From the NCBI GenBank assembly GCA_963664195.1, contig OY760907.1:1696001-1760000 (forward strand): a DNA stretch of 64,000 nt, read 5' to 3'. The notes below the pieces were generated by a model, which saw nothing but the letters and a program-made list of their open reading frames with translations, searched no databases and was not told where the DNA came from. This DNA comes from an uncultured candidate division Zixibacteria bacterium. Lineage in GTDB: Bacteria; Zixibacteria; MSB-5A5; GN15; FEB-12. The stretch's first letter is position 1. Every line of letters begins with the position of its first letter. The translations under genes were made by a program, and so were the position numbers. Shown here in pieces: positions 28,636 through 37,775 of this stretch.

Positions 28636-30096
28636 ATGTTTGCAACAATGATACATAAAGAACTCCGCGGCATTATCAGCAGCCCGAAGTTCGTCGGGAC
28701 CTTCCTGGTGTGCACCGTGCTGATTCTCCTGTCCGTGTTCACGGGCATCAGGGAGTACCAGGCGCTATCGGATCAATACAGTGCGGCCTCGCAGTTGGTC
28801 GACTCGGAGTTGAGAGAAACGACCTCATGGGGGAGAATGTCGACCTCGGTCTACCGTGCCCCCGAACCAACCCGCATTTTCTCCGCCGGACTTGACTATG
28901 ACATAGGGCGACTGTCCGACGTCCGCGAAAGGGTCAGCCCCAAACTTGACAACAGTGCCTACTCTGACGATCCCATTTTCGCTGTGTTCAGGTTCGTAGA
29001 CTTCGCATTTATCACTCAGTTTATACTGACGCTGTTCGCAATTCTATTCACCTTCAATGCCATCAGCGGCGAGAGGGAAGACGGCACGCTGAAACTGATC
29101 TTTTCAAATCCCGTCCCGAGAGCGCGATACATTCTCACAAAGTGCCTGGGCGCCTGGCTGGGGCTGGTGGTGCCGATCAGCATACCGGTTCTTCTGGGTG
29201 TTCTAATGGTGGTCGTCTCCGGCGTGTCGATGGATGCAACTCAGTGGCTCAGGGTGGCGCTCATGTTAGGTCTGGCGTTGTTGTTGTTCACATTCTTTGT
29301 GGTGCTGGGCGTGTTTGTGTCGGCCCTGACGAGGCGATCTTCCGTATCATTCCTTGTGTCACTCGTACTCTGGATTGGCCTTGTCATGATCATTCCGAGA
29401 GTCGGCGTGATGGCGGCCGGGACAATGGTAAGCGTACCCCGTATGGCAGAGATCGAACAACAGATCGAGGGCTATTCGAGCGAACAATGGGATAAGCATT
29501 ACAACAATCTTGATAATAGCTGGACGACCTTCGAGAACGAGGGAGAGGAAGGTACGTGCAATGACGAAGCGCTCTGGAAAGTCATGCAGAGCCAGGACTC
29601 TTCTCGCAAAGCAGTCGAGGCGGACATTGAAAAGTACGATGCCCTTCTCCACGAGGACCTTCGCCAACGCAAGAATCGACAAGAGGTGCTGGCACTTACG
29701 CTCTCACGGTTCTCGCCTGCCTCAGCGTTTCAACTCGGAGCGATGCGGCTGGCTGGGACCGATCTGGAGGTGAAGAACAGGACAGTGGATGCAATCGGCC
29801 AATACCGCGAGGATTTCTACGAATATGTGGAAGAACGCAAAGAAGAGACCGGTGATCACGGTGGACTGATGATTGCCGTTACGGTTGATGAAAACGGTGC
29901 CGAGCAGATGTCGTTCGGCGGGAGTCGCGATCAGGGGCCGCTCGATGTAAGCGGCGTGCCGCGTTTCAGTCCCCCGGAGTTGACGCTTGCGGAGGCGGTT
30001 GGACCGGCGATTACTGATTTCGGTCTGCTTTCGGTCTACATCCTGATTGTGTTTGCCGGCGCGTTCATCGCCTTCCTGCGATACGACGTGCGGTAG
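28636..30096 (+). CDS. ABC-2-type permease, paralog of the previous gene
   Basis: AISGEREDGTLKL...P.PRA and F.RYDVR. Confidence 0.88.
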   Translation: MFATMIHKELRGIISSPKFVGTFLVCTVLILLSVFTGIREYQALSDQYSAASQLVDSELRETTSWGRMSTSVYRAPEPTRIFSAGLDYDIGRLSDVRERVSPKLDNSAYSDDPIFAVFRFVDFAFITQFILTLFAILFTFNAISGEREDGTLKLIFSNPVPRARYILTKCLGAWLGLVVPISIPVLLGVLMVVVSGVSMDATQWLRVALMLGLALLLFTFFVVLGVFVSALTRRSSVSFLVSLVLWIGLVMIIPRVGVMAAGTMVSVPRMAEIEQQIEGYSSEQWDKHYNNLDNSWTTFENEGEEGTCNDEALWKVMQSQDSSRKAVEADIEKYDALLHEDLRQRKNRQEVLALTLSRFSPASAFQLGAMRLAGTDLEVKNRTVDAIGQYREDFYEYVEERKEETGDHGGLMIAVTVDENGAEQMSFGGSRDQGPLDVSGVPRFSPPELTLAEAVGPAITDFGLLSVYILIVFAGAFIAFLRYDVR

Positions 30097-30296
30097 CGGG
30101 ACAGAAAAGTGAGACGCGAGAGTAGCGAGACTTGAGAATAGAGAGAGTCTCAGGCACTCCAACTCTCTTCTCAAAGACCGGTGGGGAACGCGTTCCGAAA
30201 GGACTCGTCCCTGCCGGTTCTTTTGTTTGCGAGGAAATCCGACAATCCCAAGAATTCCTTGACAATTCCGGATACATGAGCCTATTATCCGATATC

Positions 30297-31412
30297 ATGA
30301 GACAACGACTAATCCTACTGTTGATCCTGGCAACCGCGCTACTTCAGCGGTCGTCGGCGTCTGCCGCAAGTCTGTTCAATGACACGACACGCGCCTATCT
30401 CGGCGAGTTTGAATTCGGCGTCCGCGACGACACGCTTACGATCACGTATGAATTCACTCCTAACGGATTCGACCCGGACTCCACGATTCTCGAGTTAGTA
30501 GAATACCGCGATTGGAACAGGGTGGTGTCTGCCGTGATCCATCGCCGAGGGGAGGGGGTACCGTTCGAGAACGGATGGCGTTCAGTCGCCAGAAGGGGAG
30601 GACGCACCTATCTTTCAGGAACGGTAACAGTTCCTGCCGATGAGCAGAGCGCGAAACGCATGTACGTAAGTACGGTCGGATTCTACAGAGATGAAAACGA
30701 CAGCCTCAGAACCGTCGAAACGTGGGGTGACTTAACAGACGATTACACGGTCGCCGGGATGGAGTGCATTCTACCTTCTTACGGATACTTCAGATCTGAT
30801 CTGACGGAGCCCTTTGATCACCGCGGTGCTTTTCTCGGTATGGGAGTATCCCTGGGGTTTGCTCAGCGACATACCAGATATCTCGTTTCGACCTCGTGGT
30901 CGGGCCTCGGACCGGACTTCACCTTCTCCGAACCGTTTCGTGCCGGCGTACGTTGGTATTCAGGTACTCGCAGCAACTTCATGCCACAGATCTTTGGAGC
31001 CGCAAAACTGTCCAAGTTGAAGTTCAGAGAGAGCGATGACCTGGAGTTCAATCGGACCCAATGGGGTGGGGAACTTGGATGCGCTCTCGAAGGCAGGTTC
31101 GAGAGATTCGGCTACTACTACTCCACTGCTCTCGGCGGCTATCACACCGCTGAGATCTACGTCAAGGGAGGTTCCGGCGCTCGCAACTCCATAGGTACTC
31201 GGTATCTGTTCCAGACAAACGGCGATGTCTGGATGGTACGGATTGCTCTGCATATTGAGGACTACGATGCGTATCGCCACTCGGAATACGAGAGGTACAA
31301 TGATCGTCCCTTACCCCACCGAGTGTTTTCGGTGTTGGGCGGAATACCAACCGCGATTATCGGGTTGCCGTTCTACGTCATCAACAAGGTAGCGGAGAAA
31401 TTTGAAAAGTGA
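30297..31412 (+). CDS. Secreted hypothetical protein with a possible beta-barrel C-terminal half
   Basis: Signal peptide from ATG 30297 and Gly/aromatic alternating strands. Overlaps the next gene. Confidence 0.6.
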   Translation: MRQRLILLLILATALLQRSSASAASLFNDTTRAYLGEFEFGVRDDTLTITYEFTPNGFDPDSTILELVEYRDWNRVVSAVIHRRGEGVPFENGWRSVARRGGRTYLSGTVTVPADEQSAKRMYVSTVGFYRDENDSLRTVETWGDLTDDYTVAGMECILPSYGYFRSDLTEPFDHRGAFLGMGVSLGFAQRHTRYLVSTSWSGLGPDFTFSEPFRAGVRWYSGTRSNFMPQIFGAAKLSKLKFRESDDLEFNRTQWGGELGCALEGRFERFGYYYSTALGGYHTAEIYVKGGSGARNSIGTRYLFQTNGDVWMVRIALHIEDYDAYRHSEYERYNDRPLPHRVFSVLGGIPTAIIGLPFYVINKVAEKFEK

Positions 31413-32128
31413 ACTCTGCCCAAATCATCCAAACCCTCCGGCGCGAAATCAAGAAACAGAGCACGCCGGCAAACCTGATGAACTATCAGCAGTTTCACAA
31501 AGAGAAACTTGCCGAACCGAAAGGACTTCGAACCCCCGTCCTGCGTAAGATTTCGACCGACGTCTTCAAGACGCTCAAAACGCTTCCGGCCAAGGACATC
31601 CTAGACATCGGCGACGCTCTCCACGAATCCGGTATGCGCTACGCGCGGTTCTTCGCCGTCGAGTGGGCAATCAAAGTCAAGAAGCACTACGCGCCCGGCG
31701 AGTTCAAACGGTTCGAGTTATGGCTCAAAAAGTACGTCAACAACTGGGGGGCCTGCGATCACCTGTGTTGTGGCCCTATCGGGAACTTGATCCTGCAATT
31801 CCCCGAACTGGAAAAGAAACGTGAACCGTGGACCCGCTCCAAAAAGCTCTACGTCAGGCGCGCCTCGGCAGTCAGCCTCATCGTCCCGGTGAGCAATAGA
31901 ATCTTGTTGAGCGAGGTCTTCCAAACCGCTGACGTCTTGCTCATGGACCGGGAAGACCTGGTGCAGAAGGGGTACGGCTGGATGCTCAAGGAAGCGGCAA
32001 ATGAATTTCCCGACGAAGTATTCGATTTCGTTCTGAAACACAGGGGCCGGATGCCCCGTACGGCGCTCAGGTACGCTATCGAGAAATATCCCGCCGACAT
32101 GCGCAAAAGGGCGATGGCGAAGGACTGA
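31409..32128 (+). CDS. AlkD-like DNA alkylation repair protein (HEAT-like repeat)
   Basis: G.RTP.LRK, NNW..CD, W......YVRRA, DLVQKG.GWMLKE and MPRTALRYAIEK. Confidence 0.88.
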   Translation: MNSAQIIQTLRREIKKQSTPANLMNYQQFHKEKLAEPKGLRTPVLRKISTDVFKTLKTLPAKDILDIGDALHESGMRYARFFAVEWAIKVKKHYAPGEFKRFELWLKKYVNNWGACDHLCCGPIGNLILQFPELEKKREPWTRSKKLYVRRASAVSLIVPVSNRILLSEVFQTADVLLMDREDLVQKGYGWMLKEAANEFPDEVFDFVLKHRGRMPRTALRYAIEKYPADMRKRAMAKD

Positions 32129-32313
32129 GCCAGCCCGAGCCCCTGCTCCGTCAGATCGGTAGCCACAGCTCGCATGCTTGATGCGGTCAGACGAGGACGT
32201 CTTACCGCACATACAAGGGGGAGGAGGCGTCGAACTCGAACAACCGGGTCACGCCGGCAAACGTGTTACACTTGCAGCCGAGCCACACAGACAATCGAGT
32301 CACGCAGCCAGAC

Positions 32314-32402
32314 GAGTCCTTGTGGGTCGAAACTCCTGAAGTTTCGACAAGTCGCTGTGAGTCCTTGTAGGTCGCAACTCCTGTAGTCTCGACAAGTCGC
32401 TG
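32314..32402 (+). repeat. Two tandem 45-bp units, each carrying a GTRG-type REP
   Basis: GAGTCCTT-GT(G/A)G-GTCG.AACT-CCTG.-AGT.TCGAC-AAGTCGCTG, twice. Confidence 0.75.
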
Positions 32403-32782
32403 AGCGTGTGTTTCAAGAATAGTGAGCGCCGGGGTTCCGTTCCTGACTCGACGCACCCTCGTTCACACATTTTTCTCTTGCGTCCGTAGAGCAGGCCATC
32501 TATATTTTACGCAGAGAGAGCGGAACAGGACACAACTCACAAAACCTCATCTTTAACTGATTGCGTGCAATGCACGGTCTGTTCTCTTGCGTTGGATTAG
32601 TACTTGCGTGGAGTTTGCATGATCTTCCGCATTGCATTGACCTTCACCGAACGTGTACCTCACAGCCCGGCCTTCATAGTAAATAGCAACCCGTCCGTAC
32701 GCGGGCGGCGAACTTATTTGTCGAGTGAAGGCCTGCAACTTCGATCTGAGAAGCACTAACATAGCAGAGAGGGGTATCTCAA

Positions 32783-34669
32783 ATGCTCAAAAAAGTCTCT
32801 AATCGTTTTCTCCTCGCAATCTCGCTAATCGCCCTGGTGATCCTTGTGTTGCCGGGAATGTCACACTCTCAGGATTGTGGCAACATCGACGGCTCCCCCG
32901 AGGGTGCGATCACTCTGGGCGATCTGACCGTCTTTATCGATGCGCTGTACATCAATCCGGTACACTTCCCGCTGGCCGACGTAGCGGATCTGGACGGAGT
33001 TCAAGGCGTCACCAACAACGATCTGGTCTGGTTGTTCGACCATCTTTCGTGCTCAATGGCACCCCTGGAGGAGTGTGGAAACGGACCGGATTCTGCCTTT
33101 CCCGTGAATCCCGGCTGTATTCTGGAGTACCGTAATTTCGTGGCGTCGCCCATGGCAACTGAGTGGACGTCGGAGCTCTGGCTGACAGTTGACGGTCCGT
33201 TCATGGGCCTCGCAGTGCCGTTTGTCTTTGACTGCCCGACTGCGGCCGAAACTCTCGATTCGATCACCTTCCCGACATCGCCGATGTGGTGGAAGATCGA
33301 CAATGCAGGCAAGCGCGGACTGATCGGAACAGCCGGTTGTGAAGGCGAACTGCCGGTCGGGGAGTTCCTGCTGGCGGAACTTCACTTCTCCCTCTTGCCA
33401 TCGGCAATGGAACACGTCATCAGGATCGACACCTCCGGCTACTTGCCGTCAGAACACACAATCGTACTCTCCCGTCCGGGGCCTGACGGACCAACCGGCG
33501 AGATTCCAATGCTGGTAGGTTTTGGACTTTCCGAGCCTCCGCCTTGCATGGCTACGGGGGACGTAAACCAGGACACCAACGTTGACATGGCGGATATCAG
33601 CCGGCTGATTGAGTACCTGTGTATTAGCCACGATCCGCTCGATGTGCCGTACGTGGCTGACGTCAACGGTGATTGTATTTTGGACACGCTTGATATTCTG
33701 GCTCTGGTCTGCTACAATTTCGGAGGCTGTGACAGCCCTCCGGTGTTGCCGGTGGAGACCTGCTGTGACCCCGGAGTACGCTTCTGCGGAGAACCCGACG
33801 GTGCGTTGCCTATCCGGGACGCCGAAGTTGTCGAGATTTCGGACGACTCTCTCCGGGTGGCAGTAAACGAGAGCGGTGACGACGGTGTCCGCGTCTACGC
33901 GGGCGATCCCGAGGCTACCGACAACATGGTACTCAATCTGGAAAACATCGATATGTCCGTGGAAAACGCCGAGTTGTCCGTTTCAGTCAGCGGCTATACG
34001 TTTGATACTAAGAGCGGGGAGAGGTCTGGTGCTCCCGGACGGATTGGTATGTGCGGCATCGCAAATATCGGTCTCGGCGCTATCCAGATCGTCGCCGACT
34101 TCAACCCGATCGGTGATCCGGACGTCCTTGTCAAGGTCTTCAACAACGGGTACATCACCGGCCAGAATACCGTCACCGGCGGTGGTCTGATTATCACCGG
34201 CCACGAGTATCTTAGCTACGGCCTTCCCGGCGTTACGTCTATGCGGTTGTACTCGCAGACGCCACCGACGTTTCATATCAAGCTCGATCGCATTACGGAA
34301 CTGGCGGTTGTCGGCGGTTCCACCCTCTACGGCGACGAGCTGTTTCTGAGTGCTGAAAACGCGACAAAAACCGTCACCGGTGTGCTCAGTGCCGATGTTC
34401 AGGCCGGGTTTGTCGGATGGTTTGGCCTGGCCTATTCGACCACGAATTGCTGCCGCGGGTTCACCGGCAATGTCGATGTCGACGCTTATGACCTCGTGAC
34501 AATGGGCGATCTGACGGTACTGATCGACCATCTGTTTATTAGCCTCGATCCGCTGGATTGCGAGGATGAAGCGTTTCTTGACGGTGAGGTCGACGTCACC
34601 ATGGGTGACCTGACCAAACTGATTGACTTCTTGTTTATCTCGCTGTCGCCACTGCCCTCCTGTCCGTAG
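32783..34669 (+). CDS. Secreted protein with three dockerin-like (EF-hand pair) domains
   Basis: CGNIDG..DLT..ID.L, TGDVNQD..VDMAD/ADVNGD and C-terminal CC.G.TGNVD...DLT.LIDHLFIS...DLT.LIDFLFIS..PLPSCP. Confidence 0.85.
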   Translation: MLKKVSNRFLLAISLIALVILVLPGMSHSQDCGNIDGSPEGAITLGDLTVFIDALYINPVHFPLADVADLDGVQGVTNNDLVWLFDHLSCSMAPLEECGNGPDSAFPVNPGCILEYRNFVASPMATEWTSELWLTVDGPFMGLAVPFVFDCPTAAETLDSITFPTSPMWWKIDNAGKRGLIGTAGCEGELPVGEFLLAELHFSLLPSAMEHVIRIDTSGYLPSEHTIVLSRPGPDGPTGEIPMLVGFGLSEPPPCMATGDVNQDTNVDMADISRLIEYLCISHDPLDVPYVADVNGDCILDTLDILALVCYNFGGCDSPPVLPVETCCDPGVRFCGEPDGALPIRDAEVVEISDDSLRVAVNESGDDGVRVYAGDPEATDNMVLNLENIDMSVENAELSVSVSGYTFDTKSGERSGAPGRIGMCGIANIGLGAIQIVADFNPIGDPDVLVKVFNNGYITGQNTVTGGGLIITGHEYLSYGLPGVTSMRLYSQTPPTFHIKLDRITELAVVGGSTLYGDELFLSAENATKTVTGVLSADVQAGFVGWFGLAYSTTNCCRGFTGNVDVDAYDLVTMGDLTVLIDHLFISLDPLDCEDEAFLDGEVDVTMGDLTKLIDFLFISLSPLPSCP

Positions 34670-34945
34670 AATCAGGTGATTCGATCTGTTTTTCTGGGTG
34701 AGCGTCAGGGTTCGATCCCTGACGCTCGCACTCTGCCGAAAGATTGCACTCCGAATCTCCACATGTTGCCGGCTGGCCCCTCTTCGTCCGACGGCTGCTC
34801 ACCCTCAAAATCCCAATATCACATTCTGCACCAACAGACTTGATCGAACATTCCATCCATCTTATACTTCTTCCTGTCTCCGGTTGAGGGTACCGACGAG
34901 ACGGGGAACACAATTTGTGCCGAAAACCGTAAATCGGAGGTAGTC

Positions 34946-35461
34946 ATGAGACTCAGACCGCTGATTCTAATCTTCACCGCCGCGGCAATACTCGTAACAG
35001 GGAGTACCGTTATGTCGAGCGAAACCGGGATCAAAGCCGAGAAGGAAACTATCGAAAAGACCATCGAAAGCTCCATAGGATGGGCAGCCACCAAAGACAC
35101 CGCGCTTCTGTTCAGCGTCTGTGCCGATGACCCGGAGTTTTTCATCTATCACCCCGATGCCGCCTCGACGATTACTGGTATCGAACCTTTCAAGAAGATG
35201 GTCACCACTCTTTTCATGAACGACTCGTTCAAAGCCACGCGGTACGAGTTCAAGAACATGCGGATTAATCTATCGCGCTCCGGCAACACGGCCTGGTTCT
35301 CCTGTCTTCTGGATGACTTCTACGAATGGGACGGTAAACCCGGCGGTTGGGAGAACGTGCGATACACGGGCGTCCTCGAAAAACGGGACGGCAATTGGGT
35401 TATCGTCCAGATGCATTACTCATTTGCGACCGACGCCAGGTCCGACGAAAGCAAAGAGTAG
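34946..35461 (+). CDS. SnoaL/NTF2-like secreted protein
   Basis: Signal peptide, SG..AWFS and RYTGVLEKRDGNWVIVQMHYS. Confidence 0.85.
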   Translation: MRLRPLILIFTAAAILVTGSTVMSSETGIKAEKETIEKTIESSIGWAATKDTALLFSVCADDPEFFIYHPDAASTITGIEPFKKMVTTLFMNDSFKATRYEFKNMRINLSRSGNTAWFSCLLDDFYEWDGKPGGWENVRYTGVLEKRDGNWVIVQMHYSFATDARSDESKE

Positions 35462-35753
35462 TAACTCTCCCTGTGTGCGGCAGGGAACGTCTCCCTGTCG
35501 CGTTCGCAGGCACGTCGAATGTACGACCCGGCCATCGTGAATCTGACACATCTTGTCGCTGTTCTCCCCGCACCACTTGAAATAATCTCATTCGTTCGTA
35601 CCTTGGGGAATCAACAACTCGACATCCAGTCCACGTAACATCCTTGTGGCCACGCGGTTACGAGTTCGAAGTATAGAGGCATCTCATAATCGGGTACCGG
35701 GCGCCGGAGAATAGCTCCGTCGCCGAAGAACTGTTTCAAAGGAGGCTTAACCT

Positions 35754-36290
35754 ATGTGTACACACGCACGCAAATGGCATCTCATTCTGCTTGGAGGGGT
35801 GATGTTGTTGGTGGCAGGAATCAGCTCACACTCTGCCGCCGATCAGACGGTAGCGATCGGGGGGAAGGTCACTGCCACTATTGTCGATCAACTGACGCTG
35901 GAACCGGTGGACGTGCCCGGGCACGTTTGTGTTCTGACGAAAGACGAAGGGGCCAATGCAAGTACCGGAATAAGCACGTTCATGGATGGGGCCGTGGTTT
36001 CCAACACCGCATTTGCCGATTTGATCAATGGCAGCGGTGAGATGTACGGATACCTGACGCATACTCTGAACAACGAGTCGGTTTCTATTCGTTGGGAGGC
36101 GCAGCAGACCATGACCGGCATGACCGGTGCGACGCCGGGTCTGACGTTTGACGGAACGTTCTCTTTCGTCAGCGGCACCGGCCGCTCTGAAGACATCGAA
36201 GGTGGCGGCACTTTTACCGGCGAATACATTTCCAAGACGGTCTGGATCTCGGATTGGGAAGGTGAATACACGGTTACCATGGCCAAATAG
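35754..36290 (+). CDS. Secreted hypothetical beta-rich protein
   Basis: AAGGAGG RBS, signal peptide, and GTF.FVSGTG....I.GGGTF.G (dirigent-like barrel pattern). Confidence 0.7.
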   Translation: MCTHARKWHLILLGGVMLLVAGISSHSAADQTVAIGGKVTATIVDQLTLEPVDVPGHVCVLTKDEGANASTGISTFMDGAVVSNTAFADLINGSGEMYGYLTHTLNNESVSIRWEAQQTMTGMTGATPGLTFDGTFSFVSGTGRSEDIEGGGTFTGEYISKTVWISDWEGEYTVTMAK

Positions 36291-36554
36291 CGTCCACCAC
36301 ATACCACCGGGCCGGAGCATGGTTTTCGACCCGGTGACTTCCAACCACATGAATCTCCGCAGCCGCAACTGTCGGCCGAGTCGATCGTATCGTCCTACCA
36401 AGGGAAATGATCGCGAAGGCCGCTCCATACACGTGAATCCGGTCGACGCGATCAGGTGCGAGTAGATTGGCTGTTTCCGGTCAGATGTGATTGACGACCG
36501 CATTGCGACAGTGCATTCTTCGGGAAATCGCCATGTCTTGAAACAGGGAAGAGC

Positions 36555-37775
36555 ATGAAAGTATCTCCGACGCTGGCCCGCAGAATCGCCTTGCACGCCC
36601 AACTACTCGATGGCCGCCACGGGTTTCCTTCCGGCAAGGAAGGTGTTGCCCGGGTGATTGAGACTCTCGGCTATATTCAGATTGATACTATCGCTGTCAT
36701 CAAGCGCGCACATCATCACACGCTCTGGAGTCGTCGCCGTGACTACGACATAGACATGCTGCACGATCTTCAGACGAGGGATCGTCGCATCTTTGAGTAC
36801 CTCGGCCACGCGCTGTCGTACCTGCCCATGGTTGACTATCGTTTTTACTTGAAACGTATGCAAGCGTTCCACGACCCCTACGGCAAGTGGGAGAAAGAGC
36901 GGCTGACAAAGTACGGACACCTGATGGAACCTGCACTCGAGTGCATAGAAAAGGAAGGTCCGTCAATCTCGCGTGAAATCGCGTCCAGCCTCGGCACGAA
37001 AAAGACTTCGCCGGACATGCGGGAGCCGACCAGGTCGGCGATGGAACTGCTCTTCCTGCGCGGTGATCTCATGGTCGCCGAACGTCGCAATTTCGAAAGA
37101 GTTTACGATCTCACCGAACGTGTCCTGCCGGAAGAGATTGACACTCGCGTTCCCAAAGACGATGAGCTTGGACGGTTCCTCGTTAAGCGAGCGCTGTCCG
37201 CGCACGGCATCGCGCACGTTAACGATATATGTCAGCACATCCATGCCGCCGACAGGGAAGTGGTCGTTGATGCACTGTATGATCTGGTGGAGGCCGGGGA
37301 AGTGACGTCCGTTAATCTGGGCGAAGGCAACGGTTACTACGCGTTGACAGGGTCCTTCGCGGCGCTCAAACGTCTAAGAGGAAAAAAGCCCGCAGTGACT
37401 CTGCTTTCGCCGTTCGACAATCTGATTATCAATCGAGACCGAGTCAAACGGCTGTTTGGTTTCGACTACTCCCTCGAATGCTATGTGACTCCCGCCAAAC
37501 GAGTCTACGGCTATTTTGTGCTGCCGATTCTCTGGGATGAACGATTGGTGGGTCGGCTCGATCCAAAAGCGGACCGCAAAACAAAGACATTGATTGTACG
37601 CAACTTGTTCCTTGAAGACAGCTTCACTGGTGACGATCAGTTCCTCGAAGCACTGGCGTCGTCTCTCGCAGAGTTTGCTGCATTCAACGACTGCGACACA
37701 ATCGCCGTGGAGAAAACAACACCGGGCACCATGAAGAAGAAACTGCAGGAAGCGATCAAGAAGCAGACTTGCTGA
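36555..37775 (+). CDS. ycaQ: YcaQ/AlkZ-family (HTH_42) interstrand-crosslink DNA glycosylase
   Basis: QIDT (QxD motif), LWSR, R.YDLTERV, LSPFDNL...R.R and R.YGYF.LP.L....LVGR.D.K. Confidence 0.88.
   Translation: MKVSPTLARRIALHAQLLDGRHGFPSGKEGVARVIETLGYIQIDTIAVIKRAHHHTLWSRRRDYDIDMLHDLQTRDRRIFEYLGHALSYLPMVDYRFYLKRMQAFHDPYGKWEKERLTKYGHLMEPALECIEKEGPSISREIASSLGTKKTSPDMREPTRSAMELLFLRGDLMVAERRNFERVYDLTERVLPEEIDTRVPKDDELGRFLVKRALSAHGIAHVNDICQHIHAADREVVVDALYDLVEAGEVTSVNLGEGNGYYALTGSFAALKRLRGKKPAVTLLSPFDNLIINRDRVKRLFGFDYSLECYVTPAKRVYGYFVLPILWDERLVGRLDPKADRKTKTLIVRNLFLEDSFTGDDQFLEALASSLAEFAAFNDCDTIAVEKTTPGTMKKKLQEAIKKQTC

Noticed and set aside
30132..30296. N-terminal extension of the 30132-31412 ORF
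   Set aside because: It contains a hairpin and a promoter-like sequence, and the signal peptide begins at ATG 30297.
32314..32402. Mini-CRISPR
   Set aside because: Only two adjacent 45-bp units with no unique spacer, and the core matches the dispersed GTAG REP family.
31409..37775. AlkD-like and YcaQ glycosylases as a genotoxin self-resistance cluster
   Set aside because: They are separated by unrelated genes, no biosynthetic cluster is nearby, and both families are common stand-alone repair genes.
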